From Octopus sinensis (Eukaryota): a stretch of 64,000 nt of DNA. The stretch lies in NCBI RefSeq assembly GCF_006345805.1, contig NC_043008.1, forward strand, positions 24,986,001-25,050,000, read 5' to 3'. The notes beneath the pieces are model-generated. The model made no database searches and had not been told where the DNA came from. It was given only the letters and a program-made list of their open reading frames with translations. This document shows positions 23,301-36,000 of this stretch, piece after piece. The translations under genes and the position numbers were made by a program. The stretch's first letter is position 1. Each line of letters opens with the position of its first letter.

Positions 23301-25780
23301 TAGTCCTTATACTGTCCTTAAACCGCTGTTTAGGTTTACACCAATAGCGTTTCCCCTCTGCAAGCACACCATAAAGCTGCTGTTTGGGTGTGGCCCGACC
23401 ACTCCATTTGGTTTTGGAGAGTTATTGCTTTAACTGAAGTGATGCCTGCAGACGCAAAGACATCTATGTTTCGAGTAAAAAATTTCCATATAATGTTTAA
23501 AATGCGATGAAGACATTTTTGGTGGAATTGTTCTAACAATTTGAAATGCCTTCCATAACATGTCCATGTTTCAGAAAAATACAACAGGGATGGTAAGAAA
23601 AACGATTTGTAAAGAGACAACTTTGTATTGTTATTTATATGCCGTTGGGACTAAGCACGTGACTCCAAACCACCAATGATTTTTCTGCTCTTTGAATTCA
23701 CAGATGTATTTCTATGTTCGGATTTCTGTCATTTGGTTTGGTACAGGCATTCCAAGCTGGATGAAAGAATCAACAACCTCAAGTAACCTACTCTTAACAA
23801 AAAATTTAGGGGAGTTTCAAACAGCACCACATGCAGGTTGATACATTACAACTATTTTTTTCAAGTTGATGGTCAAGCGGAAATTCAAATACATGAGATT
23901 GCAGAATGATTGACTAGATTGCAATTGTCAACGTATAAGAGTTCCCTAATGAGTGAAGTAAAAACCTTCGTTTTGAATTTCAGTCTGGTCAGATTAAAAA
24001 CATTCCCTGTTGTACGATATTTTATGGAAATACCTTCCTTGGAGTTTTGAAAAGCGTGTAACAGCACAACAGCAAAGTATATTGCAAAGAGGGTGGGTGC
24101 ATCAAAGTCTCCTTGCTTTACTACATTTTCCATGGCAAACGATTCAGAGTGCCTACCACCAAAATTAGCTCTAGCGTTCATATTTTGATGCAAAGCCCTA
24201 ATCATGTTTACAAATTTTTCTGGATAACCTATTTTCCTTAGAATTATTTCGATTAACAGTATCGAAAGCTTTTCTGAAATCAACAAAGCAATGGTATTGT
24301 GAAAGATTCTCTTCAATGTACTTTTCCTGTGGAAGTGTGAAAACCACATTGTGACTCAGACATCATATTTGGAACTAGGAAGGTAGTTAAACGTTCTGAG
24401 TGCAGGTAAGTACCTTTCTAACTACAGACAAAAATTAAATCCTACGGAAATTACCACACAGATCCTTTGGCCCCGATTTATACAAGGAGACTAAAATGGC
24501 ATCAATCCAGTCTTGTGGCACTTTCTCACTTCTCCAACAGTGACAAATTAATGTATTTAAGAGTTCAAACATTTTGTCGCCCATATATTTCAAGACCTCT
24601 GCACAGATTCTATCAAACTCTGGAGACTTATTGTTATTCAGCTTATTCACAGCTAGATGTCATTTAGAGTTGCTTCAAATGCCATCTCCTTTATAACTGG
24701 AAGGTGTTCTATTTTTTCTATCATCCTCGTATCAGCGGATGATGGTCTATTCAAAATTGCAGAAAAATGTTCTACCCAGCGCTTATGAATACAAGCGGTG
24801 TCAGTCAAAAACAAATGTCCATTTTCTGTTCTCACTGAAACTATTGAAGAAGAGTTTGGGCCATATACGTCCTTAACATAAGAGTACAAACCCTTGGTAT
24901 CTGTCATTTCTATCAGCTGCTTTTGGTGCCCCTTTTGCTCTATCATTCCATCATTGCTGTTTAATTTTCCTTTGAGCAGTCTACATTTTCCCCTTCAGCT
25001 TTCTGTAACCTTCGTTTGAGGTAGGGTTCAAGGACTGAGAAAGAAGTGTATTGCCTAAGTTTCATTTTACTAAAAGCAGACCATGAATTTTTGCTGAATA
25101 TTCTGAAAACCAGTCACTGGACTTATGCGATTTAAATCCCATTGAAGAACTTGCAGCTTGAAATACTTTGCTTTGAAATGTTCCCATAGATTGTTTGGGT
25201 CAAGATTAATATGTTCTATAGCATCGTGGAATCTTTGCAAGTTGCTTGGTAATTTGAAGTTTGCAACATTTAACGTTTTGGGTACCTTAGGACCAGACTA
25301 TCGACTTTTACGCATTATCGAAAAATTAATTTTCCACGCACTAGACCAGTCACTCCAGATTTCTGTTGCTCTCATGGCCCGAACTCTAGAAGTATCTTTT
25401 ATATCACGTTTTCTGATCAAAATATAATCTATGAGATGGCAGTCCTTAGTTCTTGGGTGCATCCAGGTAGTTTCATATTTATTTTTCTGCTTAAACAGTG
25501 TTGGTAACAACCAGATTATTCTCAGTACAAATACATATAGTATTCGTGGAACTTTGTCAAGTGACTTTTGGCCAATCCTGTATATACGTAACTGTCGAAC
25601 GATGAAAATGAGTGCTGAACACTGCATTGGTGGATGGAATTTCTTTGTTTGCGACTTAAGGCTACCATTGGTAATACATTTGGATGACATCTTTTGAATG
25701 GTTATCTTCCTTGGATTTGACTTTTGGGCAAACAGTCATGTCGGTTTGCGAACTTGTTTGCATTATCTTATATTATATTC
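20370..25780 (-). pseudogene. Degenerate RTE (BovB-like) LINE, interrupted by a Tx1 copy
   Basis: EN: TTWMHPRTKDCHLIDYILIR. RT: NNKSPEFD, VKQGDFDAPTLFAIYF, IRELLYVD. Post-RT: SLLYFSETWT, PKQQLYG. C-terminus: RTCLSFAGLKSHLRPH. Confidence 0.88.
20790..23262 (+). mobile_element. Degenerate, internally deleted Tx1-clade LINE nested in the RTE
   Basis: LSDRYRLDHPNVPTWTW, LPRLSTREAGCCEG, RSVRQGCP, SAYAD, INREKSVGL, CPKCGQSNETVLH, FFKYHLKRKV. 3' UTR ends ccctgtgtggccaataaagaaa. Confidence 0.9.
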
Positions 25781-25956
25781 TGGGTGTATGGATATTTGTA
25801 TGCTTGTGTACTGAGATAGTTCATCACGGAGACATATTTCTTTTGTGCATGGAGTTTGCTTATGTATATTCAAATTTCATGCTCACGAAAGGGGCTATCC
25901 TGATGGGATTAGCGGCACAGGTTCGTCTTTGAAGTGTTTAAGTGTATGTATATATC

Positions 25957-26195
25957 TTTACTCTTTTACTCGTTTCAGTCATTTGACTGCGGCCATGCTG
26001 GAGCACCGCCTTTAGTCGAGCAAATCGATCCCAGAGCTTATTCGTTCAAATCTTAGTACTTCTTCTATCGGTCTCCTTTGCCGAACCGCTAAGTACCGGG
26101 GACGTAAACTCACCAGCATCGGTTGTCAAGCGATGTTGGAGGGACAAACACGGATACATATATTCACACATACATATACATATACACACACACTC

Positions 26196-26277
<82 letters not shown>

Positions 26278-26296
26278 GAGAGAGAGAGAGAGAGAG

Positions 26297-26379
<83 letters not shown>

Positions 26380-26533
26380 AAAATAGATAGATACGACGGC
26401 CTTCTTCCAGTTTCTGTAAACCAAATCCACTCACAAGGCTTTGGTCAGCCCGAGGCTATAGTAGAAGACACATGCCCATAGTACCACGCAGTAGGATCAT
26501 GTGGTTGGTAAGCAAGCTACTTACCACACAGCT
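25957..26533 (-). mobile_element. Composite SINE with internal microsatellite (third family)
   Basis: Head tagctgtgtggtaagtagcttgc..ccaaagccttgtgagtggatttgg, internal (CTAT)n/(TA)n, tail ggtgctccagcatggccgcagtcaaatgactgaaac. Same family at 35350-36000, 40000-40395 and 63570-63740. Confidence 0.85.
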
Positions 26534-26968
26534 AGGAACAGAAAATAGAATATACGTATAACTTTATTATTCACAACTATCGTTCCGATCCATTCTACAT
26601 CGATTTCTCGCAGCTGGGACACTATAAAACTGGTTGTGGTGCATCTCAATGTTTGTGTCTGTATGTGTGTGTGTATGTGTGTGTGTATGTGTGTGTGTGT
26701 GTGTGTCTGTGTGTGTATGCGTGTGTGTGTGTCTGTGTGTGTGTGTGTGTGAGTATGTGTGTTTGTTGATATACACGACAGAGACAGCAATAAAAATAAG
26801 TATATGAAGCAATCTTATTTAAACAAGCTAAATAATAGCAAGAATAATAAGGAAAATAAGGGTGATAAAAATAAAGGCGTCTTAGAGATAAACATTCTAA
26901 TACCAAATTTATAAGAACAGCCCTAACTTTGAAGTATGGTTGGTCTAAACATTAATAATAATAATAAT

Positions 26969-27181
26969 GATTTCTAATTTTGGCACACGGCTAGCGGTTT
27001 CATGGAAGGGGATAAATCGATTACATCAATCTCAGTACTCATATGTTACTTATTGTATCGACCCGGAAAAGATAAAAGGCAAAGTCAACCACGGCGGAAT
27101 TTGAACTCAGAACATGAAGACGGAGGAAGTGCCATTAAGCATTTTGCCTAGCGTGCTAACGATTTTGCCAGTTTACTGACC
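26969..27181 (-). mobile_element. SINE (family of 4676) flanked by (AAT)n
   Basis: Homology to other copies in the window. Confidence 0.8.
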
Positions 27182-27232
<51 letters not shown>

Positions 27233-27239
27233 CAACAAC

Positions 27240-27304
<65 letters not shown>

Positions 27305-27319
27305 TAATAATAATAATAT

Positions 27320-28673
27320 ACCACATTTATGGTCGGGCACTGAATGAGTCTGTGCAGAACCGTTTCGTCGCTCAGCGTACATCTCAGGCAGGTCCGACTG
27401 ACGGCACTACCGTGCCTGTAGAGTTTATCTCGAACAGCCAAATCCCCCCTGTAACAATGTCAGGCCAGGGATTTCTGGAAGTTACCTATAGGCCCCGGCC
27501 CGAAACCCCTCCGGGACAGATTGGCAAGTTGAAATTCATCCACGCCTCGAGTCTCCCCACGAACGTCGACGTTTCCTTTCACCACGAACCCTCTATGCAA
27601 CGCCATAGTAGAACTCCCACTAACCGCATTGTCCGACTGACAGAAGAATGTGAGCACCTGGCGACACTCAAGGTGCCATACGCCTAGTCTCGGTCTACGC
27701 TTGATCCAAGATTGCAGCTCACTCAAAGAGACGAGCTGCGGGTAAGCGAGTCTGACAAACGGTGACCACACCTGCTCACCGTCGTCGAGGAAACGCTGGA
27801 TGTGCCGCAGCCTCAGCGCATGTCTGTGCATCAATAGCCATGGCATACCCAGCCCACCGTTCATAGGGTGTTGACAGCAAATGGAGCGCTTGACGAGCGG
27901 AGTCCGCCCCTTCCATAAGAACATCCTAGTTCACGCGTGATGCCTCTCAACGTCTCCGGGTTCCGAAGTAATGGCTCGAAGGTCAGCACATACAGAAGGG
28001 AAGAGAGTGCGTACCCTTGACGGATGAAACACACGATGTTGAATGGTTCCGATAGGTGACCATTCACCCGGACTACCGAGCAGATGTCGCTATACATGGC
28101 AGGGATCCAACCGCGGAAAACCGGACCGAAACCGACCGCCGTAAGAGAAGCTGCCAGATATTGATGGTTCACCTTATCAAAGGCTTTTGACTGATATAAA
28201 TTAATCAGAGCCCCACCCATGCCAGGTATTTTAACTACCCTATCCACGATGTAGTGCATGAAGTCTAGGTTTACGTGGATGGACCTGTTTGTTCGTCTCC
28301 AACCAGTTTCTCGACGACGAGCTCAAACCTCTTTACTAACACTTTGACCAAAATTTTCATATCTGCATTAAGCAGAGCGATGGGCCTAAAAAAATTATCT
28401 AATACTTCCCCCTTGTTTGGATCCTTTCTCAGCAGTAGCACTGCTCCTCGGCTCACAGATTTCGGAATTCCCTCATTCTGTTACCAGTTGCAGCAGATAC
28501 CTGCCAAAAGGCCTGCAAACAAGTCTGGTATACTAGAATAAAGCTCGTAGGGCAGAGCATCTAATCCCGGCGATTTTCCCCCCTGTGCAGGCGTTTATCT
28601 TGTCCCGTATTTCCTCAAATGTTATCGGCCTTTCGCAACACTCCGCATCTCTTGCTGAGAGTCGTGGCAGGAA
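27320..28673 (-). mobile_element. Internal fragment of a Tx1-clade LINE, bounded by (AAT)n on both sides
   Basis: LPRLSARDAECCERPI, FRPIALLNAD, LYQSKAFDKVNH, IRQGY, FLWKGRTPLVKRS, CLRCTLSDETVLH. Confidence 0.9.
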
Positions 28674-28697
28674 ATAATATTAATAATAATAATAATA

Positions 28698-28753
<56 letters not shown>

Positions 28754-28755
<2 letters not shown>

Positions 28756-29852
28756 CTACTATAAAATAATCACCATAGGACTGCAAAAATATCTACTTCA
28801 GAAGGAAGGAAAACTGATCCAGATAGCGGCAAAACACGAGCAAAACAAAAAACTGTTCTCAGTATTTAAGGAAGCTGACAAATACAAACAAGAAATCATA
28901 CCACCTAATAAACATGAAGAAGAAGAAGAAGAAGATGAAGAAACAACAAAAGCTATAAAACAAATGAAATCCAAACTAAAAATAGAACAGCAACGAACCA
29001 TGATAAAACGATGGCAAGAAAAGCCCCTTCATGGTAAATACTGGACTAAACTAAACGCAAAAGAAATAGACAAAGAAAAATCCCAGCAATGGTTGAGAAG
29101 CTCAGGACTCAAAGAAGAAACAGAGGATTTTTAATTGCAGCACAAGACCAAAGCCTCCCCACCAGAAATTACCAAAAACATGTAATGAAAAGAAATATTA
29201 CAAGTAACTGCAGAATATGTGGAGATGGACAAGAAACAATAAATCATATTATCTCTAGCTGCCCAGTCCTGGCTAAGAAGGAATATATTCACAGACATGA
29301 CAGAGTTGGAACCTACATACAATGGAAGCTATGCAGAAAAAAGATGGTATAGGCACACACCAGAAAAGGTCACAGCAAACGAGAAAGCAACCATACTCTG
29401 GGATATGCCGATACACACAGATAGAGAAATTAAGGCCAACAGACCAGATATAGTTGTCAGAGATCATGAAGAAAAAAATGCTTTCTAATTGATGTATCAA
29501 TACCGGCAGATGACAACGTGTCTCTAAAAGAAATGGAGAAACTCTCAAAATACAAAGACCTGGAAATAGAGGTAAGTAGAATGTGGAACCTGAAAACAGA
29601 AACAATTCCTATCATAGTAGGTGCATTAGGCATGATAAAAAAATATTCAGACAAATACATAACAAAAACACCAGGACTTACAAACACATATAACATACAG
29701 AAAATTGCACTACTAGGCACTGCACACATCCTACGCAGAACACTTTCCATACAATAACCATCAGAGCATCACAACAAATCACAGCACATACCCAAGGCAC
29801 ACAGAGCTGCGCTCGGTAGTGAAGTGAAAGCACGCCAAAAAAAATAAAACTA

Positions 29853-29855
<3 letters not shown>
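28754..29855 (+). mobile_element. 5'-truncated R4/Dong-like element (family A) in (AAT)n
   Basis: WQEKPLHGKY, QWLRSSGLK, AAQDQSL, CRICGDGQETINHIISSC, RHD, ILWDMPIHTD, RPDIV, KYKDL, PIIVGALG with a few frameshifts. 3' UTR ends aaaactactg then (AAT)n. Confidence 0.93.
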
Positions 29856-29930
<75 letters not shown>

Positions 29931-29943
29931 TATAATAGTAGTA

Positions 29944-29991
<48 letters not shown>

Positions 29992-30051
29992 CCAACAACA
30001 ACATCGAAAAATACCTTAGGAATGAGAAACCAGGTTCAAAATTTCCTCAAG

Positions 30052-30095
30052 ACACCTGATGAAGGCTGGAGGGTATATCAACCGAAACGATGTGT
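30052..30095 (+). ncRNA. Minimal type I hammerhead motif in a Penelope-like fragment (about 29990-30145), probably inactive
   Basis: acac-CUGAUGA-a-ggcug..caacc-GAAA-c-g-a-u-gugu. The U16.1 position is A and helix II has one mismatch. Confidence 0.65.
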
Positions 30096-30462
30096 TAACA
30101 ACAAGCAAGATGAGGACAAATATCCCTCATGTGTAAATAATGTATAAATTTAGTGACCATCACAATTTCGTTAAGATTATGTGATTTTCTGAATATTACT
30201 TAGCTGTGATAAGTGTAGTTTTTCTTTTCTCCTGTGAGAGGGGTAATTTTATCAATCTTGTTTTATAGGAAGGGACTATATTTCAAAATGAACTATAATC
30301 TAAATTCGTCTTTATATTTTTACTATGCTTTCGATGAAAATAATGTCTTAAAATAGATCACATGTTTCAATTATCAACTATAGCATAGACTGATACTAGA
30401 ATGTGATGGCCTTTAAATTAGCTTAAACTGTAAGTCATCTAAAATATCATCATTGTTATATA

Positions 30463-30792
30463 TAAAAGAAATGGAGAAACTCTCAAAATACAAAGACCTG
30501 GAAATAGAGGTAACTAGAATGTGGAATCTGAAAACAGAAACAATTCCTATCAAAGTAGGTGCATTAGGCATGATAAAAAAATATTCAGACAAATACATAA
30601 CAAAAACACCAGGACTTACAAACACATATAACATACAGAAAATTGCACTACTAAGCACTGCACACATCCTACGCAGAACACTTTCCATACAATAACCATC
30701 AGAGCATCACAACAAATCACAGCACATACCCAAGGCACACAGAGCTGCGCTCGGTAGTGAAGTGAAAGCACGCTATAAAAATAAAACTACTG
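30463..30792 (+). mobile_element. Short 5'-truncated R4/Dong-like copy (family A)
   Basis: Nearly identical to 29525-29855 and followed by (AAT)n. Confidence 0.93.
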
Positions 30793-30796
30793 AATA

Positions 30797-30885
<89 letters not shown>

Positions 30886-30929
30886 AAGAAGAAGAAGAAG
30901 AAGAAGAAGGACAACAACAACAATAATAA

Positions 30930-31046
30930 TCCTTTCTACCAAAAGCACAAGGCCTGAAATTTGGGGGAGGGGATTAAGTCGATTACATCGAACCCAGTGT
31001 TTCACTGGTACTTAATTTATCGACCCCGAAAGGATAAAAGGTAAAG
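30930..31046 (-). mobile_element. Partial SINE (family of 4676)
   Basis: Homology to other copies. Confidence 0.75.
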
Positions 31047-31094
31047 TCGACATCGGCGGAATTTGAAATTACTACTACTACTACTACTACCACC

Positions 31095-31184
<90 letters not shown>

Positions 31185-31210
31185 TATTATTATTATTATT
31201 ATTATTATTA

Positions 31211-31320
31211 TTTTCCTTCTTCAAATTTTCGTCCGTTTCTCGCCGTGTGTTTTCCTTACACCTAAGGAAGAGAAGCTCATTGTATGCATTCCCAGATTAC
31301 ACACGCAAATTCACAGTTTA
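31211..31320 (-). mobile_element. About 110-bp 3' tail of an R4/Dong-like element (family B), inverted, inside an (ATT)n tract
   Basis: Reverse complement atgagcttctcttccttaggtgtaaggaaaacacacggcgagaaacggacgaaaatttgaagaagg aligns with 32989-33055. Confidence 0.75.
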
Positions 31321-31359
31321 TTATTATTATTATTAATATCATTATTATTATTATTATTA

Positions 31360-31453
<94 letters not shown>

Positions 31454-31525
31454 AATAATAATAATAATAATAATAATGATGATAATAATAATAATAATAA
31501 TAAAATAATAATAATAATAATAATA

Positions 31526-31559
<34 letters not shown>

Positions 31560-33061
31560 GGGATAAATGAAGGCTCTGGTATTCAGCATGCAAGTATGAA
31601 AGAGAAAATCAGGAAGGAATGTTATAGGAGAGTTCGTGCAGTCCTGAAATCTGAACTAAATGCACGTAACAAGGTGTTAGCTATAAATTCCTTAGCAGTT
31701 CCAGTTGTTACTTATAGCTACAATGTGTTGAACTGGAATATGAGTGAAGTAAAGAATATAGATAGAAAAATACGCAAACTGCTGAGTTGTAATAGGATGC
31801 ACCAACCAAAGGCAGACGTAGATCGCCTTTACCTTCCCAGAGCCCAAGGAGGTCGAGGCCTGATCCAATTTGAACTAGCTTACAAAACAACCACAATTGG
31901 ACTGGCCAAATATCTCGAAATATCGAATGACTGGATGCTAAAGCTCGCGGAAAATCACGAGAGACGAAAGAAGCTTCATTCTATCATCAAGAAAAGCAAA
32001 AAATTTGCTATTGATCTCGTGCAGGATACCCAAACTGAACAACCCGAGGGAAGTACGGCAACTATTGTTGCAAAGAAGGTGAAAATGATGGCAATGAAAA
32101 AAGCGCACGAGCAATTGGCTGATAGGTGGGAGGAGAAACCTCTGCACGGCAAATATGTGATCCGCAGCAAACAAGCTGATGTTGACCAGAAGCAAACCCA
32201 TCAGTGGCTACGGAGCTCAGGGCTAAAAGCAGAGAGCGAAGGTTTCATCCTGGCTGCTCAAGACCAAAGCCTATTAACCCGGAACTACCAGGCCAATGTG
32301 ATAAAAAATGGAGCAGACCCAAAATGCCGATTCTGCAACGACATGATTGAAACAGTGGACCACCTAATCTCTGGATGTAAAGTCTTAGCACCAGTGCAGT
32401 ATAAATTAAGACATGACAGAGTTGTCCAATATCTCCACTGGCTAATAAGTCGGCATTACATTATCAAAACTGCCGACAAGTGGTATAATCACCACCCTGA
32501 GGCTGTAACTGAAGGAGAAAATGTAACCATTCTGTGGGACTTTCCAGTACATACAGACCGAGGCATCAAGGCCAATAAACCAGATATTGTTCTGAAAGAC
32601 CAAAACAATAACGTTTGCTTATTGATCGACATGAGCATCCCCTGTGATCATAATATCTCAGCGAAAGAGTTTGACAAGCTCAGAAAATATAAAGACCTAC
32701 TCATTGAAATTGAGAAAATGTGGCATCTCAAGGCGGTTACAATACCAGTGATCGTAGGAGCACTAGGAATGATCAAGAAGGGAGCCGAAAATTATATGAG
32801 AATGATCCCTGGCTTACCATCCCTGCAAGAAGTGCAAAAGATTGTCTTAACTGGTACATCACACGTATTGAGAAGAGCATTGTCGATGTGAGAACTGTTG
32901 CTGCTCATGTATTTTAATTTAACTTTAAAAAAAAAAAAAAAATGAACGAACTACTGAGTTTTGTTTAATGGCCTACCAATATACACTATGAGTTTCTTTG
33001 CCCTAGGAGTCGGGAAGACACTCGGCAAGAAATGGAAGCAAATTTGAAAGAAGAAAAAAAA
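31560..33061 (+). mobile_element. 5'-truncated R4/Dong-like element (family B) in (AAT)n
   Basis: Open 431-aa frame plus 3' UTR, with (AAT)n on both sides. Confidence 0.93.
31596..32891 (+). CDS. C-terminal part of R4/Dong polyprotein (post-RT, CCHC knuckle, PD-(D/E)xK restriction-like endonuclease)
   Basis: RLYLPRAQGGRGL, KPLHGKY, CRFCNDMIETVDHLISGC, RHD, ILWDF, KPDIV, LIDMSIP, KYKDL, PVIVGALG. The frame is uninterrupted but 5'-truncated. Confidence 0.85.
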   Translation: MKEKIRKECYRRVRAVLKSELNARNKVLAINSLAVPVVTYSYNVLNWNMSEVKNIDRKIRKLLSCNRMHQPKADVDRLYLPRAQGGRGLIQFELAYKTTTIGLAKYLEISNDWMLKLAENHERRKKLHSIIKKSKKFAIDLVQDTQTEQPEGSTATIVAKKVKMMAMKKAHEQLADRWEEKPLHGKYVIRSKQADVDQKQTHQWLRSSGLKAESEGFILAAQDQSLLTRNYQANVIKNGADPKCRFCNDMIETVDHLISGCKVLAPVQYKLRHDRVVQYLHWLISRHYIIKTADKWYNHHPEAVTEGENVTILWDFPVHTDRGIKANKPDIVLKDQNNNVCLLIDMSIPCDHNISAKEFDKLRKYKDLLIEIEKMWHLKAVTIPVIVGALGMIKKGAENYMRMIPGLPSLQEVQKIVLTGTSHVLRRALSM

Positions 33062-33099
33062 GTAATAATAATGATAATAATAATAATAATAATAATAAT

Positions 33100-33230
33100 C
33101 AAATACCACCGAGGTCGACTCTGCCTTTCACACTTTCAAGGTCGATTAAGTAAGTACCAGCTGAATAGTTGGGTCGACGTAATGTCCGCCCTTGAAATTA
33201 CTGGTTTGGGGCCAAAATTTGAAACCAATA
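33100..33230 (+). mobile_element. Partial SINE (family of 4676)
   Basis: gaggtcgactctgcctttca..gtcgattaagtaagtaccag. Confidence 0.65.
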
Positions 33231-33504
33231 TACCATACATTTTTCATGCAAGGTATATTGCATGTCCACTTTTGTGTTACGTGCTAAGCAGATATGAGTG
33301 TTACTACTTTACATCTACTCAACCGTGTTCAATAAATACCTTGTATATTCTATTCATAAAAGAAGAGTTGATTTTGTATGTTCTACGGAGTATTTATGAA
33401 ACGCTTTCTCTATTCTGTTCTAATAAAGATGCTACATCACCTATGTTATAGCTTGCTTACTACACGTGAGCCATATTCTCATGTAAGTTCTTCCTCTAAT
33501 AAGC

Positions 33505-33870
33505 ACAATAGAGGGAGATTAGTCGATTACATCGACCCTAGAATTTCACTGGTACTTAATTTATCGACCGCGAAAGGATGAAAAGAAAAGTTGACCTCGG
33601 CGGAATTTGCACTGAAAACGTAGTAACGGATGAAATACCTATTTCTTTACTACCCACAAGGGACTAAACACAGAGGAGACGAACAAGGACAGACAAACGG
33701 ATTAAGTCGATTATATCGACCCCAGTGCGTAACTGGTACTTATTTAATCGACCCCGAAAGGATAAAAGGCAAAGTCGACCTCGACGTAATTTGAACTCAG
33801 AACGTAGCGCCAGACGAAATATCGTTAAGCATTTCGCCCAGCGTGCTAACGACTCTGCTAGCTCACCGCT
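33505..33870 (-). mobile_element. Two tandem SINE copies (family of 4676)
   Basis: Two successive atcgacc(c/g)cgaaaggat(g/a)aaa..gacctcg bodies. Confidence 0.8.
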
Positions 33871-35349
33871 TTAAAATTTTTTATCTAAATTGAGAAATTA
33901 ATATAATACCTACTTCTGCGATGGAGCGTTTCCTAAACGTCGAATACGTTCTGTTGTTTTCTAAAGAAAATTATTAATATGGTACTTTTCATCTACAGGA
34001 CAGTGGATGTTGATTATGTTACTAGTTACATTCTACAGAGCATTTAAACTTACATCTAGTTTTTATTAAATTTTTTAACACTTTGCTGGTGTATTGAAAT
34101 TTTCGAGTTCTCGATTAAATCCTTTATTGGATATACTATTCTACTCCCTGTTCCACGTTCTAAGCCAGTCGGCATAGATTTCGATTCTGTCATTCCAATG
34201 CTGAAAAATAATCGCTGGGTATTTACTGAAGTTGACGAAGTCGACTGTAAACAATTTGTATTGTGTTGATGCGGAAAAGAATGACATTTGTTGAACTTCA
34301 ATCAGGTTAATCACACAGTAAAGATTATTTTATTATTATAGTTAGTATTTTTGTTATTGTTTTTGATGTTGCCACTGCTTCTATTGTTGCTGTCGATATT
34401 GCTACTACTGATGCTGTTGTAATTCTTATATCAACCATGAACTAAAGAATTGATATTCTTTATCCTGCTAAGTTTATTCTCTTACTTCCGTATAAATATT
34501 CTGAAAAAGCAATTCTTTCTTAACAGGCATTCCCGAAATAAATATTGTTACTGTTACCATTCAAGAATTCAGTTATTACCATAAATCTTATTTATAACTT
34601 TTAGAACTTTACTGATTCTTAGACATTTTCCTTAAAATATGGGTCATCCATTTCATTAGACATCAGAATAAGCGATTCCATTCGTTTGTGTCTGTGTTTG
34701 AAACACTGAACATCTAATTCTTTCAGTCGTACAATGAATCATTAACGCTTAGCAGAATGTGATGAGGATAAATCAAGCGAAACATACATTGTGAAAACAG
34801 CATAACAAAATATCTTTTTTTGTCATATGCATCTTTACCTTGCCTTCAACTTACGAGTAAGTTTTTTCTATCCATCCGTAAAATATTTCTATAGAATGGA
34901 ACAAAAAAGAGAAACGATATATAAATGTCTCTACAGTTAAATTTATTTTATTTCTCTTGCATGGCAATATATTGTATTGGGACATAAGTTACTGTCATGG
35001 GGATCTAAATGTAGTACTAGTAGTTCTTGTGTTATACGTTAATACCTAATAAATACCCAAGTAAAATTCTGTCCGCTTGTTATATTCTAAATAATTCAAA
35101 TAAAATATTAAGTTCGCAAGTATATTGGAATTATCGGGTACTTTTACAATTTCGATTCTGTTCTCTTTGTTAACTATTGAGTCATAATTTGTTATTCTAC
35201 AAGAACATGTTTAATGTTCATTTTACAAGTAAATAATTAGAAGATAAATTAACTTCGGCTATAAATTTCAAGCAGAACAAAGTCTAACAGATATTGAGCC
35301 AGTAGTCCAAGAATTGCTCCTCTAGATTTATTGTCTGATATTTTATTAT

Positions 35350-36000
35350 TGAATTGTGTCAGTCATTTGACTGCGGCCATGATGGGGCACAGCCAAGAAG
35401 AGTTTTAGTCGAACGACTCAATTCCAGTATTTATCTTTTAAAGCCTGATAATTATTCTATCGGCCATTTTTTGCCGAGCTGCTAAATTACGGGGACCTAA
35501 ACAGACTAACACCCGTTGTCAAGCGGCGGTGGGCAAGAAACACAATCACATACACACATACATACATAAATATATATATATATATATACGTACATACATA
35601 CATACGTATATACATACATATACATGCATACATATCTTTCTTTTAAATTTTATCTTTTACGTCTCTCAGTCATTAAACTGCGGTCATGCTGGGGCGCTGC
35701 TTTAAGAATTTTAGTCAAATAAGCTTGGTACTTATTCTATCGATTTTTTGCCAAAGCGCTAAGTTACAGGAGCGTAAACACACTAACACCGGTTGCCAAG
35801 CGGTGGTTGTGGTGGTGAAGAGAAACACAGCCACAGAGACACACACACATAGATATGTGCCTCTTTGTTTTTGTCTTTTTACCAAATCCACTCGAAAGGC
35901 TTTGGTCGGCCCGGGGCTATAGTAGAAAACACTTGCCCAAGGTGCCACGCAATGGGTCTGAACTCGGAGCAATGTTGTTGGGAATCTTTTTACAACACTC
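35350..36000 (-). mobile_element. Two SINE copies (family of 25957)
   Basis: cagtcat(t)..ctgcggccatg tail twice, and ccaaatccactc..ggctttggtcggcccggggctatagtagaa head. Confidence 0.75.

Noticed and set aside
30717-31593. ORFs of poly-L, poly-I, poly-Y and poly-N (also 16492, 27173, 54405, 55024)
   Set aside because: Translations of (AAT)n/(CTA)n/(GAT)n microsatellites, not genes.
34056-34301. 81-aa minus ORF
   Set aside because: No motif support and several competing frames and splice sites.
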